Source of the DNA: Octopus vulgaris | Lineage: Eukaryota | Direction: 5' to 3' | NCBI GenBank assembly: GCA_951406725.2 | Contig: OX597827.1 | Location: forward strand, 52,328,001 to 52,392,000 | Length of the DNA stretch: 64,000 nt | Shown: one piece after another, positions 13,110-25,744 of the stretch | Position numbering within the stretch: position 1 is the stretch's first letter | How the letters are laid out: each line of letters starts with the position of its first letter | Program-made: the position numbers and the translations under genes | The notes under the pieces: model-generated | The model's input: the letters and a program-made list of their open reading frames with translations, nothing else | What the model was told of the DNA's origin: nothing | Databases searched by the model: none

Positions 13110-13989
13110 AATTCCTCTATTTACATAATATTGAGGTTTCATTCATTCTTTTGTTGTCTTACCATTACTATTAATATATATATATATTTATTAACATATC
13201 ACATTATCATTTTACGACCACTTTCCATACTGGTATGCATTGCATGAATTGTCACACTATTGGTCATCTGTTATAGAAGTCCTTCTCCCCTAGTCTGATG
13301 CCCATATGTTTCAATTAACTTTGTTTTAGTACAACTTGGATGCCCTTTCTATCATCAACCACTTTACTGAGTATAACGGGTGCATTTTCTGATGCCATTA
13401 ACACTAACGAGATTAAATAATCTTTGAGACCTCATGAAATTAGTTGAAGGAACAAGAGTATAAGTGAAGAGAGTACTTAAAAACTCAGATAGTCAAAGAG
13501 GACATTAGTGGGAAGAGAGAGAGAGAGAGAGAAAGAGCAATGGCATTTGTTGGGCTAGAAAGCATAGCTGGGAGGAACAGGAATATGATGTAAGCAGTAG
13601 GTTTCTTTGAGGTTTAGTCAAGAAGGGAGTGATTGGCAATAACAGAAGTGAACAAAGGTAAGGGTGGATGGTGCAATAAAGGTAAGAGCAGGTGATGGGT
13701 GGCAACAGATTTGCCCTAGAGGAGAGTGACTGCTGACTGATATTATAAAAGGGTGAAATTATAGTGTATTGAATGGAGGAATCTGGATGGTTGGATGCAG
13801 AATCTTTTACATATGTTTGTGAAGAACAAAGGAATCAAACTGATGAGGATGATGAAGTGAAAACAGGTGGTGGGGAGATGAGAGAATGTGTGTTATGGGT
13901 GCCAAGAGTAAGTAGTAGGTAAAAGAGAGGTGGGGGAGAAGTGTAAAGTGAGGGGAAAACAGATTCTAGTTTTATTAAGATATGCAGCA

Positions 13990-14975
13990 TCTTCAGATCA
14001 GTTTACACCATGTTGTCCTGAGTCTTTCTTGGTCTCCCTCTTCCACAGATTCAATTTACTTTGAGTGCTCAGCACTCATACTATACATTCTGAACACCCA
14101 TCACCTCTAATTCTGTCACTGTAGTAGCAGAAACTATCAACTACTTTAGTGAACCACTGGGCATATTAGGATCTAAAATCATTACACTCTTCAAACATAT
14201 TGCTTCTGTGCATCTACCACATATAAAGCTTCCTTTCATTCTTAGCCTGCCTGATTCCACTACACCTTTTATGTGTCCCTATCTTATACTGGGTATAGCA
14301 TATTATGCAAGGCTAGTTGCTTCTTTTTTTTTTTTATATATCAGGATCCTATCTTCTTTCTACTTACATCTTAGTCTGCTAAATTTTTCTTGAGTCCCCT
14401 CAATTCTAGGTTTTGCTCCCATGTCTAGAATTATTTTTTTCTGATTCTTCTATAGATTCAGCTATGAGTACCAGAGCATAAGTGTAAAGGAGTTCCCAAA
14501 GACATCTGATATTTTGATAAACCCCTACCTTCATGCTAAATTCATTGAATTTAGTGTGAAGGCAGGGATTCATTGTTGATTCCTGTGATACTAACTGCAT
14601 ATATGTACATAGCTGAGTTTTGTACCCTATCAAAGACTCTCTCCAAGTCTAAATTCTTGGTAAAGTGGTTTACTCTAAGAAAAGTACTTTTGCTTTTCAT
14701 CTGAGCTAATTCTATCTTTAATCAACTGTGCAATGTCTCTCTCTTCAAGACCTTCATATGTAGGTCCAACAACTTCATACCTCTATAATTTCCTCGCTGT
14801 AAAACATTTCCTTGTAGCTGTTTATAATGATACAGCGCCATCATTGGGTATGACACCTTACTATATTACTTGATTAACTATTTGGATGAGTCTCTTGGAT
14901 CCTACCTTGCCAGATATTTTGAGCATCTCAGTGATTATTCCTGGTGGGGCAGCATTTTTCCCCATCTTCATGTCA
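13990..14975 (-). mobile_element. Old RTE LINE fragment
   Basis: Minus strand MKMGKNAAPPGII, LWELLYT and GRGRPRKT-like segments, homologous to 1-1830 and 24006-24605. Confidence 0.75.
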
Positions 14976-16494
14976 GCCACTGATATGCTTCAGTCATGTT
15001 AGACTTTGTTAGTATAACATTGTCTATGCAAACCTGCTTTACTCAGTCTTAGTATTTTTGAAAACACCGGTTTTATTGATTATTTATTATCTTAATTATT
15101 TTCCCTATTTATCTAGGCATTGATTGCAAAAAGGATTATTTTCTCCTTGGTTTCATCATATTCAGTTTGAGATAATGATAGATTTTTTTTTTCCCAATTT
15201 GAAACTGTTACCAAAACTTTTTCCAGTTGTACATGTGTATCAATTCTCTAGTTGCTTTATAATACCACTAACATCTTCCTTTTCTTTTTTTCTTTTTATA
15301 TAGAATCTGTTATTTAGATATAATTTTTTTTTATGTATATACTTCAGCATGACTATACAAGTGCAAAAGATAAGAAAAATTTGGAGAGAATCTTATACTT
15401 TCCAATCTTACTACTTCACTTCCTTCCCTTATGTATTTATCCCTTATGTATTTAAGTTTATTCAAGGAGCAGCTCTTTTTCAAGTCTGTTTCAATTGATG
15501 CATACACAGCAGTGTGTGATATGTGTCATTTAAATATTCACAAAACTGAATGGTTTTATTTAGTGATTAATGAACAGTGAAAAACATTGCATACATTGGA
15601 TCACAATTTTTATTCTTTTATTAGTTTTAGGTATTGGACTGGGGTCATGCTTTTCTGCCATGTTCAAAGGTTTTAGTGTATCATATTGACTTCAGTAACT
15701 ATTTTAGTCTGATACTTATTTTAGTGATTGTTTTTTTTTTTTATTGAATGGTTGAGGAATGCAACTCAAGACACCAGTATACACAGACATACACATTCTC
15801 ACACACAACCAAACTTATATACCTGCAAGAGGTTGCATACAGTTTCTGTTTGCCTAATTCTACTTACAAGGTGCCACACCATGGGACCAAATTCAGAACT
15901 ACATGGCTACGATTCAAACTTCTTTCCCTCATGGCTATGCCATGATGTTGACAGAATTTAAATATCTTAGAAGTTAGATGACATTAAAAAGTATAGAAGT
16001 GATTTTTATAACATTTCTTAACATTCCTTAGTAATTGCAGAAAAATAGTTTCAAATCATACAGCTAATTACTTCCTTTTCATTAGTTAGTTTTTAAGTTT
16101 ATAACGCATGCAGGTTTTGGCTGATCTGCTTTCTTGGCAGCTCTAGAAACTAACTTGAAGATTCTTGAAGATTGATGTTAACAGGTGGGAATCTTAAGAT
16201 TTCTTCAATGTATATTAATTTGTCATTTTTCAAGCTTAATGTGCACCATATGCAGAGTATACAGGAAGATATGCACAACAATTTTTTTTTTTTTTGCATT
16301 GGGAAAGGAAAGTGGTGACCCTTCCAATTTTTTAATTTCATGTATATAGTCTACAATTTTTACATATTCTTTGTTTTTCCACCTGTTAATTACATACACA
16401 CATGCACATGCATATAGTGTGGTTTTTGTGTATGTGTTCATATGTGCGGTGTTAAATCACTAAAGTTTTACAATTTCTACTTGGCTTACTGCAG

Positions 16495-16518
16495 CACGTG
16501 CTTACGGACGAAGAAGAG
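16495..16518 (+). CDS. CPEB4: 24-nt microexon encoding ARAYGRRR, phase 1-1
   Basis: ttggcttactgcag|CACGTGCTTACGGACGAAGAAGAG|gtattt; in the phase set by the flanking exons it reads A-R-A-Y-G-R-R-R-(G), 7/8 identical to the vertebrate CPEB4 microexon ARTYGRRR. Confidence 0.93.
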
Positions 16519-16936
16519 GTATTTTCACAATTTTTTCACACATTCCTTTTATATTCTTATTTATATCCCTACCATTCTAGAGCCCTGTTTTGGTTATCTG
16601 TCCCTTCAGCTCCTTTGCTTTCACACTGGTTGTTTTTCTGTTTTCATTCTAAATATGAATTTAAAAAATGTTGTAGTATTTTTGTTATCCAATTTCTCTT
16701 TCTTTCTCTTTCCTCCTCTCTCTTTCCTCCACTCTATTATTTCTGGATTTTTGTTGGTTCATGTTTGTTGTTAATGTTTTACGCATGACTTTGGAAGTTT
16801 TCTGTTCTTTGCTAGATCTGGCTGGGAAAGAATTATTCGAGCGATAAAGTACTTCAAATCATATCTGGAGAAAGATCTATTTAATATTTCCCTTGGAAAG
16901 GATTGAAAGCATTTAAATCTTAGATACAATTGCTTA

Positions 16937-17286
16937 GATGATAATATTGACACTGAAGTAATAGTCTCAGAGATAAAGATTGGCTGGTTGTCTTTTGTCA
17001 TATTTTAAAAAATTCTTGAGGTGTTGAAATCCTTGTTATTGAAATCTTTCACCTGACAGTTTGGCATTGATTTCCCTATTTGTCTTTTGCTAAGGTTCTA
17101 TTTAAATTCTCTTGGTCATCATTAAATGAAACTTAGGTAAAATTACCTTAATGTTGATCAGTTTTGTTTCTTACATTAAATTAATGATGATAATATTGAC
17201 ACTGAAGTAATAGTCTCAGAGATAAAGATTGGCTGGTTGTCTTTTGTCATATTTTAAAAAATTCTTGAGGTGTTGAAATCCTTGTT
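16937..17286 (+). repeat. Perfect 101-bp direct repeat (16937-17037 and 17186-17286)
   Basis: gatgataatattgacactgaag...gttgaaatccttgtt is identical in both copies. Confidence 0.95.
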
Positions 17287-20200
17287 CATCTCTTTCAAGC
17301 AATCTTGTTTCATTTGATCTCCAGTCATATATCAAATACCTGTGAAATAAGGAGGTTTCCCTTCTGCCTTATTTGGGCCTTTCTTTCTAAAAGGTCAATT
17401 ATTTTAAGTTTTAGTCAACCTAATAAGTATTATAAAGAGGTACAATTCACCTCCATGTACAGTTGATGTATGTTTCATTAACTTGTTGTGCAAGCAGAAA
17501 TCTTCTCAAAGGAAATTGATATTGCTCTTATCTTATTGCTAGAGCTAATCATATGTTGATGGATACCTATCATCAGAAAGTGTCAGGTATTATCTCTGTC
17601 TCAGTTACATGAGAAGTGATGTATAACTTGGGTCATTCACCATCTTTATATTAACTATATTGTTACTGAGAGAGTGACTAGTGACAACAGTGTGTGTCGC
17701 TTTACACTTACAATTGCTGAACACTGATGTTGAAATCTGTTTTATTTTTCTATTCTGCTTTGACATTGTTTGATTTTAGTGTTCATATTTAAGAATATGC
17801 TAAAACATAGAATGTGAAGTTTAGTTTTCTTCTCTTTTCTTTTTTTAAAGAGATTAGTATTAAAAGGGAACATCTAGCTGTATATTTCTTGTATTTTCAG
17901 CCCAAAGTTAACCAAGTTAAAGTAAAAATAATTCAATTATTTAAAAAAAAAAGAAGACTAGAGATTAGCAAATGAAGGAGAGATGCCACAGATTTTCTTT
18001 ATATGTATATATAGTTTGAGGTTGCAGTGGCCTTGGAGATGAGATTTTAATGTTTATTTAAATTCTCTTGGTCATCATTAAATGAAACTTAGTAGTTCTT
18101 GAGTTGCTGAATTTACAGTTGACTTCAGGTCTTTTGCCATATTTTAGACAAGATAGTTAACTCTGTTTTAATTTAGCTTGCTTGCAAATAGATGTTAGCC
18201 ACATAAAATGTTAACTGGCTATTACTCGTAACATTCTATCCAGAGATATATTTGTCCCTTGTCTACCTAAATATTTAGTGTTTTCAGCTATTTGCATAAG
18301 TGTTTTTGTGAACCATTGGGTTGATTACACTGTACTGAAACTTGTCTTTAGTGTAAGAGCAAGTCAGCCAAACAGGAACCATTCTTCTTTAAGTTTTTTA
18401 TTGCATGAATCCTAAATGTGTAAGAATGAAGCATAGAGTAGGAGGAATAAAATTCATGTTGTCATGTTCCTAACTTCTTCAAAGTTATTAATCTTACAAA
18501 TGAAACTGGGTCATGTAATGTGCAAATTGCTTGTATTCTCTCTGTCCCTCTCTCTTTCTCTCTCTCTTTATATATATATGTGTGTATATATATATATATA
18601 TACATACATACACATATATGCTGTATTTTTTCTTGTCTTTCTACTTCCAAAGTTAACAATACATATTGATCACTAAGAAATTTAATACACAAACACATGT
18701 CCTTTATAGGCTCAACAAACAATTAATAGACTGCACAGAATTAAATTCAGTATGATCGATTATAGTTAGTCCTTTGGAACTATTGATAAAATCTTGATAA
18801 ACTGAGTCTGTAATTTGGTTTTGATTCTCAACTGAGACTGTTTCAATGACATTCTTAATCTCTTAGGAATTAATGTTACAATTCTATTCCAAGTGATAAG
18901 TATCATTGATTAATATTTATGATTTTGATTGTGTTTATGAACAAGTAAAACTTTTTTTATGGTTACATACACTCTTTTTTGGAACTTAATCAGAAATGTT
19001 ATATTTGAGTGTTGTCTAACTAATTAAAATGTGTTCTTAAAATAGTTTACAGTCAATCTTGCTCTACCCATAGTCTAGCAAGCATTATGAGCCTTACTCC
19101 ACTCCTACAGGCATTAGTTAACCTGTTCTGTTGCAAAGAAAAAGTGGTCAAGGTACATTTGGTGTCTTGTTTGAAATATAATGGATACAAAACTACTACA
19201 TTTTAAGAACAAGAATTAAGCTATGGTTAGCATGTTTAATGCAGGTAACATTAAAAACTAAATAGAAATAATTATGTACTGAAGAATAAACAATATTAAT
19301 CACTAACTGATATTATTTTAATTATTTCACTAAGCACAGGTTTAGACATCTATAATTCAGTTTTATTATGACCTCATCAGCAAAGCATATATTTCAGGCA
19401 TATGCCATCAGTAATTACTCATAGTAGGCAGTTGGTGACCTTTATGTAGCAAAACACAAAAAAATAAGCGAAACACAGGCATGCGACTGAGTTGAAAGCA
19501 GATCTATTTCTGCCTTTAAATCATGTAAAGAAAATGGTGTTGTAGAAATGTATGCAGCAGTACTATGCGTAGCTTAAATGCTAAGATTGAAAAGCAGGGG
19601 TGAATTATGCCTACCTAATCTACAAAAGAATAGAACATTTTGCATTTTATGCATAGTAATCAGACTGTCGTAATTTTATTGAATTAGGTGCATATTTTGC
19701 CACGAGAAGAAAATGTTGCTATCATTCTATTTTATTCAAGGTAGGCACTGCTACCTAGATGGCCTGTCCTTGATATATTTTATTGTATTTGCTGACTGAT
19801 GTACTAAGAATCACTTTGTAAATTGTCAACTGTTTGGTTTAGAAAAGTAGAAATCTTTACAGAACAAATTACTCAGAGACACTATGTTTGTATTCTGTAA
19901 AAACAAGACCATCAACTTTAGGTGTTTAACTTCTAAAACTCTCAAAAAACCTGCCACACTGCAGCTATCATTTAGTACCTTCTAGATAATGTACATATAT
20001 TTGCTTTCCTGATTCCCTGCTCTGTTTGTGAAAAATATTTTTAGTTTGAAAAATTAGTATTTCATCGTTTTGTATATGAATCACCAAAATATGAACAAAG
20101 TAAATTTAGCACAATAATTATAATTTTACTCTTTTTAAATTTCATGGTGCTCATAAAAATTGTGAAATTAATACTAATTTTTGAAATATAAAATTTTTTA

Positions 20201-20334
20201 AAAATAAAATTACGTAAAACGAATTTCCATTTTGTATATTTGCAATAAATATGTCTTTAACAGTGATAATACTTTTTAACTATCAATGAATTACAAACCG
20301 AACATCAATAGTCAATTGGAGTTAGGACAATGGC

Positions 20335-20660
20335 TTGTGTAAGCTGTTACCACTACTACTGCCACAGATATTACTATTACCTCCTCTGCTATTGGTGCTA
20401 CCTGATGTTGCTACCACTTCTACTACTGCTCATAATACTATTGCTGCTCCTCTCACTACTGATAATATCACTATGGTTGCTAATACTTCTGTTGCTACTA
20501 CTGTTGCTACAACTGCCACTGCTTTGACAGCCACAGCTGCTGTTGATACTGTCACTGTTACTATATTCACTAAGACAGTTGTGTTGCAGCTGCTACTACT
20601 TCCATATCTGCCACTGCACCTCCTGTTGTTGCTGCTGTTATTATCATTGCTACTATATTG
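20335..20660. repeat. Degenerate trinucleotide (TAC/TGC/TGT)n repeat
   Basis: Period-3 pattern giving poly-L/T/A ORFs in several frames. Confidence 0.8.
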
Positions 20661-21277
20661 CATCTGTCCTAATCTACCACCTGACTGTCATCATGCCTGG
20701 AGGAGATGCATTCCATTTGTCAGCTGGTCTATCAACAGCAAACGTACACTGAGGTTGTGACATCTGCAGATTCCTGGACACTGGTTAGATGTGGGTTTTT
20801 TATAAGGCACATCATTCTACAATTCATCTCTTTGACAGAACTGCAGTCCTGAACCCATGTTAAGAACTCATTGAGCAATGCAGTCATTGGAAATTTTATA
20901 TCAGTTATATATTAAGGATATGTGATAGTGTTCTCCAGGAAGAATGAACTGATTAGTCTGATCCAGAAGAGACTATGGATAACTCCCAGAAATCCTTGTC
21001 TTGGTAGTTTTGGATAAAGAGACACTGCCAGACATAGAAATGTTGTTAGTCAAGCCTGTCTAAGATGCATACAAAGTTATAAAACTGTTCCTCATGCTCT
21101 CTTTCAGTGTCCAGGTATTATTAACCAGTCAAGATCTTTGGTTGGTTTAATCAACTTACCCTGCCTCCCCAAATTTTGGGCCTTGTGCCTGAATTAATAA
21201 AGACTCCTCTTCCTCATTTTTTCCCCTCATTTTCCTCTTCCTCCTCTTCTTCATTGACATCATCATCCTTCTGAATG

Positions 21278-21725
21278 CTGGCAAAATCGTGACTGTGCTG
21301 GACAAAATGCCTAGCAGCATTTCTTTCAGCTTAGTGTTCTGAGTTCAAAGTCTACCTATGTCAACTTTGCTTTTCATCCTTTCAGGGTCAGCGAAATAAT
21401 TACCAGTTAGGTACTGAAATCAATGTAATTAACTAAACACCACCCCCCCCCCAAAAAAAAAAAGAAAATTCAGACCTTGTGCCTAGAACAGAAGGATTAT
21501 TATTAAAAGGGCAGTGGATTGGCAGAATTATTAGATTTTTTTAATAAAATGTTTTGCAGTATTTCTTTCAGCTCTTTACATTCTAAATTCAAATCCCACT
21601 GAAGTCAACTTTGGCTTTCATCTCTCTAGGTTTGATAAATATAGTACCAGTACAGAGCTGGAGTTAATGATATCAATTAACCCCATTTTCTCAAAATTTT
21701 TAGCACTGTGCCTAAATTCGAATCA
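21278..21725 (+). mobile_element. Two tandem decayed tRNA-derived SINEs
   Basis: tggca-aa...aaaatg...gttcaaa...gtcaacttt-gctttcatc...taccagt...tgtgcct twice; same family as 30497-30720. Confidence 0.75.
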
Positions 21726-22869
21726 ATTACCATTATTATTTGTAGCATTTCACAGTGGGCCAGAGAGTGCAAAACTACCAAGAGTTTGTTAGCACCTTCG
21801 AATGATCTGTTTGAACAGTTACAAAAAGTACCTTTTTGAACACTTCACTTTTAATTAAGTCACCTGCCTTTCAACTTCAGTCATTCTTCTATTCAAGCAT
21901 CCAGTCACAAATACCACAATCTTCATATTGTTCTCTTGTCTTTTTATGTATTTCAAAGGCTAACTATTAATATTTTTTCTTGCTCCCACCTCTCTCTTTC
22001 AACCCAAGATAATTTTCTTTAATTTGTAATGTGGATTCTTTGACTTTATATCATACTAAATTTTCAGTCAGTACCCCTTACTTTATCTATACTAGTAATA
22101 AGATCATCAATGTATTGCTTTAGTTTTTGACAATTGTTCCTTGTAAGTATTTTACATCCAAATATCAAATATATTATTTCTCTTTTTTCATGTACAATTT
22201 TGATATCTCTAGTTCTTCCACTTTTACTTTTCGCATTGTCCCTGCATGTTGATAATTCCTGCATTCACTACCATGAATTTCCTTTTCCTTCTTAGTAAGC
22301 CTATATATATGGGGTCCTTAGACTGGTTTACCAAAGATTTTCTCTGCTATGTCAGATGTTACCCTCATGAGGGATGATGTTACTCTCAGACCAGAGGCCT
22401 GACTCAAATGCTTGCAACTATATGGTCTCCACTAAATGTACTCAGTTGCAAGGTGGCAGGGTTAAACCAGACAAACAGATTTAGGTCTGCCTTCCAGCAC
22501 TTGACATCAGCAAAGCTTCTGCCATGTCTTGCATGAAAATCTCCCAACTGTTGTCTGACTGTAATCTCCCCATGTCTCCTTTTCCTCAGCATGTACTGAT
22601 GATTCTCTCTCTCTCTCTCTCACACGCACACACACACACACACACACACATCCAACAAATTCCATCTGACCAGTGCAAACACGGAAAAGTGGATGGTAAA
22701 TGAGAAGAAACGATGCTGGTGTATACAATCTGCCATTCACTGTGAGAGAGAGAGACCTCTTGTTGCCAACAGAGGTGATAGTTGTCTGAACTTTCTACTG
22801 CCAGTTCTTATTTTAGCAACTATGCTTTCAGAACATCTTCCCCCCTTTGCTAATTAGGTCACTTAAGTT

Positions 22870-23570
22870 ACAAAAGTTATGTACACCTTCTTGGAAGCCT
22901 CCTGCGCATTCCAGAAAATCTTTCCCTTGTGATCTTAAGTTAACTTTAAGGCACTTTGGTTCCTGGTTTTGCTTCCACACTTACAATTTCCTTTCTGATT
23001 CCACAATAGTTTCAGCTATAAGGACAAGCTCATCAGCATAGAGAAGTTCCTATGGGCAACTAGTCTTAAATTTCCTTGTTATGAGATTCCTTTTATCACA
23101 CCTATTCAAAGAATCCACCACTAGCATCAATGGCTACTTCAATACAAGGTCAAAAGCATTGAAATGCCTGAATCAGATGATCTTTATGAATTTAGGATAT
23201 AGTGCTGGTTATGGCAGACTTGAGAGATTGTGTAGTGTTATGGGAGTGTTGATTGAGATCTTGTGCACTAGGAGGCTATGTGTCTGGGAGAACATGACCA
23301 TGAAATTGGCTTTTCATAATAGCATTTTCATGCCTCTTTCTTTCTAGAATCATTAAATGCAAGTGTGCCATTATCCTTTTGTACACACTTCTCTTCCACA
23401 TCTTAATTTTTCTCTGATACACAACCTTGCAATCCGAAGTACCTCATGCCTTTAGTTCTCATGCCATAGAACAGTGGCAAACCCCCTTCTATTCTGCTTC
23501 TCCCTTTGCTAAACAGACCTGTCTCCTTGCTTCTCTTCTAGGTGCTTGATATTTCTTTGACTTTTCCCTT
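22870..23570 (-). mobile_element. Old, internally deleted RTE LINE fragment
   Basis: Minus strand ELLYADE (~23030-23050); segments homologous to 1300-1500. Confidence 0.65.
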
Positions 23571-24005
23571 AGCATTTTCAATCATCAAACATAACTAAAT
23601 ACGGTTATGTCCATTAGATTTTATTAATAATTGGCTAATATTTCTCTAAGTGGTTATAAGTTTGTTAATTAGTTATATAATTATTTCTGCTGCTATCTTA
23701 ACTTCACCCCAACTAGATTGACTTCAACTTCCATCATTTCTTAATGCTCTACTTAAGTTGTTACTCTTTTGCACACATGGATGACTTCCAACATCATTGC
23801 AATGTGTCATTCATGCATATCCAGCAGAGAACTGATCAGCTCTTCTATTAATTCTAATCTTTTTCTTTATTACTTTTATGCTCCTTTGATCAATCACAAA
23901 CTCAAACATGACAGGAACATCCTAGACAATTCCAACAATAACAACAGCAGGAACTTGGAGATACTCCAATTCTCCAAGAGGAAGTTGAAGAAGCAGTGCA
24001 TATGC

Positions 24006-24605
24006 TCATCATCATCATCATCATTTAGCGTCCGTTTTCCATGCTAGCATGGGTTGGACGGTTTAACTGGGGTCTGTGAAGCCGGAAGGCTTCATCAGGC
24101 CCAGTCAGATTTGGCAGTGTTTCTATGGCTGGATGCCCTTCCTAATGCCAACCACTCCGTGAGTGTAGTGGGTGCTTTTTACGTGCCACCTGCACAGGTG
24201 CCAGACAGAGCTGGCAAACGGCCATGAACGGATGGTGTTTTTACGTGCCACCGGTACGGGGACCAGGCGAGGCTGGCAACGGACAAACGATTGGATGGTT
24301 CGCTTAACCACAGCTGCAATTTCCACTGATGTTGATTTGGTTTGATTTTGACTGTTCTCACTGGTCTTGCCGGGTCTTCTCACGCACAGCATACTTCCAT
24401 AGGTCTCGGTCTCTAGTCATTTCCTTGGTGAGACCTAAAGTTCGAAGGTCGTGCTTCACCACCTCGTCCCAGGTTTTCCTGGGTCTACCTCTTCCACAGG
24501 TTCCCTCAACTGCTAGAGTGTGGCACTTTTGCACACAACTATCTTCACACATTCTCGTCACATGCCCATACCAGCGCAGACGTCTCTCTTGCACACCACA
24601 ACTGT
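24006..24605 (-). mobile_element. RTE LINE 3' end with (TGA)n tail
   Basis: ORF 24358-24630 RRLRWYGHVTRM...GRGRPRKTW...DRDLW; (tca)6 at 24006-24023; CpG retained. Confidence 0.9.
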
Positions 24606-25744
24606 TAGGTGTATGTAAGAAAAAAAACACTTAAAATCATCTTTAGTATTCATATTAATTTGTCAAATGAAATGCTTATTTGTTCACATTATTTTGAATT
24701 ATTCAGGTTCAAGAGGGTTGTCCACAATATTTGCGTGTACCTTTGTAAACTTTTTACATACAGATTTGAAATTTTGTCAGTAGGTGCTTTATATACCACT
24801 GGTTTATAGTTATGTAATTTTAGCTGATATTGCTGAGTAAATTTGACTTTTATGGACAGGTGTAAAAGCAATAACATTATGGGTAAACACTAAAATTGAA
24901 ATTCTTAATGCATCTTACCTGTTTGATTTATTACTAAAATTATACCAGATCGCAACTGACAAAAATTTTGCCAGATGAAGTACATTAATTTGAATTAATT
25001 AAAATACAATTGGTACAAAATTTTATTCTTTCGGTAAATATTTTGTACCTCAGTGTGGAATAATTTTTTTCCACAGTTTTTTTCAGATGCATTCAACGTA
25101 TCTGACCTCCAAACATGCCACAAGCCACATTTTTCCAGAAAAGAAAAGTGGGAGGGGTGGTAGGTGCTTCGAAGTTTCTCACTAAGGGAGTTTTGTTTCG
25201 CAGGTCTTTTTTACTTTTCCAGGTTATTTTGCATACTTTCAACGAATGTGACATCAAAATCACATGTAAACAGCTCCTTTTTTCTAGAAAGGGAAAGATT
25301 TGGCTGCTATTCCTAGCATGCCCTGCTACCATGTAACAGTTATTTGAGTTCACACAAAAATATTTACCAACTTTTTCTTTCTATTATTTCTTCCACTTTA
25401 TGGAAGTCAGTACTTTCTCTGTTGAAATCCACCTCAGCGAGGTCACAGATCAAGTGGAAACACATCAATCACTGTTCCCTCTTGGCAAGACAAAGAAATT
25501 TCCTGCTGTCTTTGCAAGCAACAAGTGGGTGGGTTTGGTTTCAAATCCAGGCAGGGCCAAACGAGGTCATACAAGTTATTATTTATAATAATAAGTGGTA
25601 TTTATCGGGGTTGAAAGAATTTGAAAACGATAGAAACTTTTAAATGTTCACTGGTTTTTATGAAATTTTTGGGTTAATAGACTTGAGTTAATGGAAGTTC
25701 ATTAGTCCAGCTTAAAAGTTAAATTGTTAACGAAAATCACAAGT

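Noticed and set aside
16442-16788. ORFs 16442-16774 and 16498-16788
   Set aside because: U-rich intron read-through; only the 24-nt microexon in another frame is supported.
20330-20760. Poly-Leu / Thr-Ala ORFs resembling a signal peptide or mucin
   Set aside because: Degenerate trinucleotide repeat open in several frames, with no splice support.
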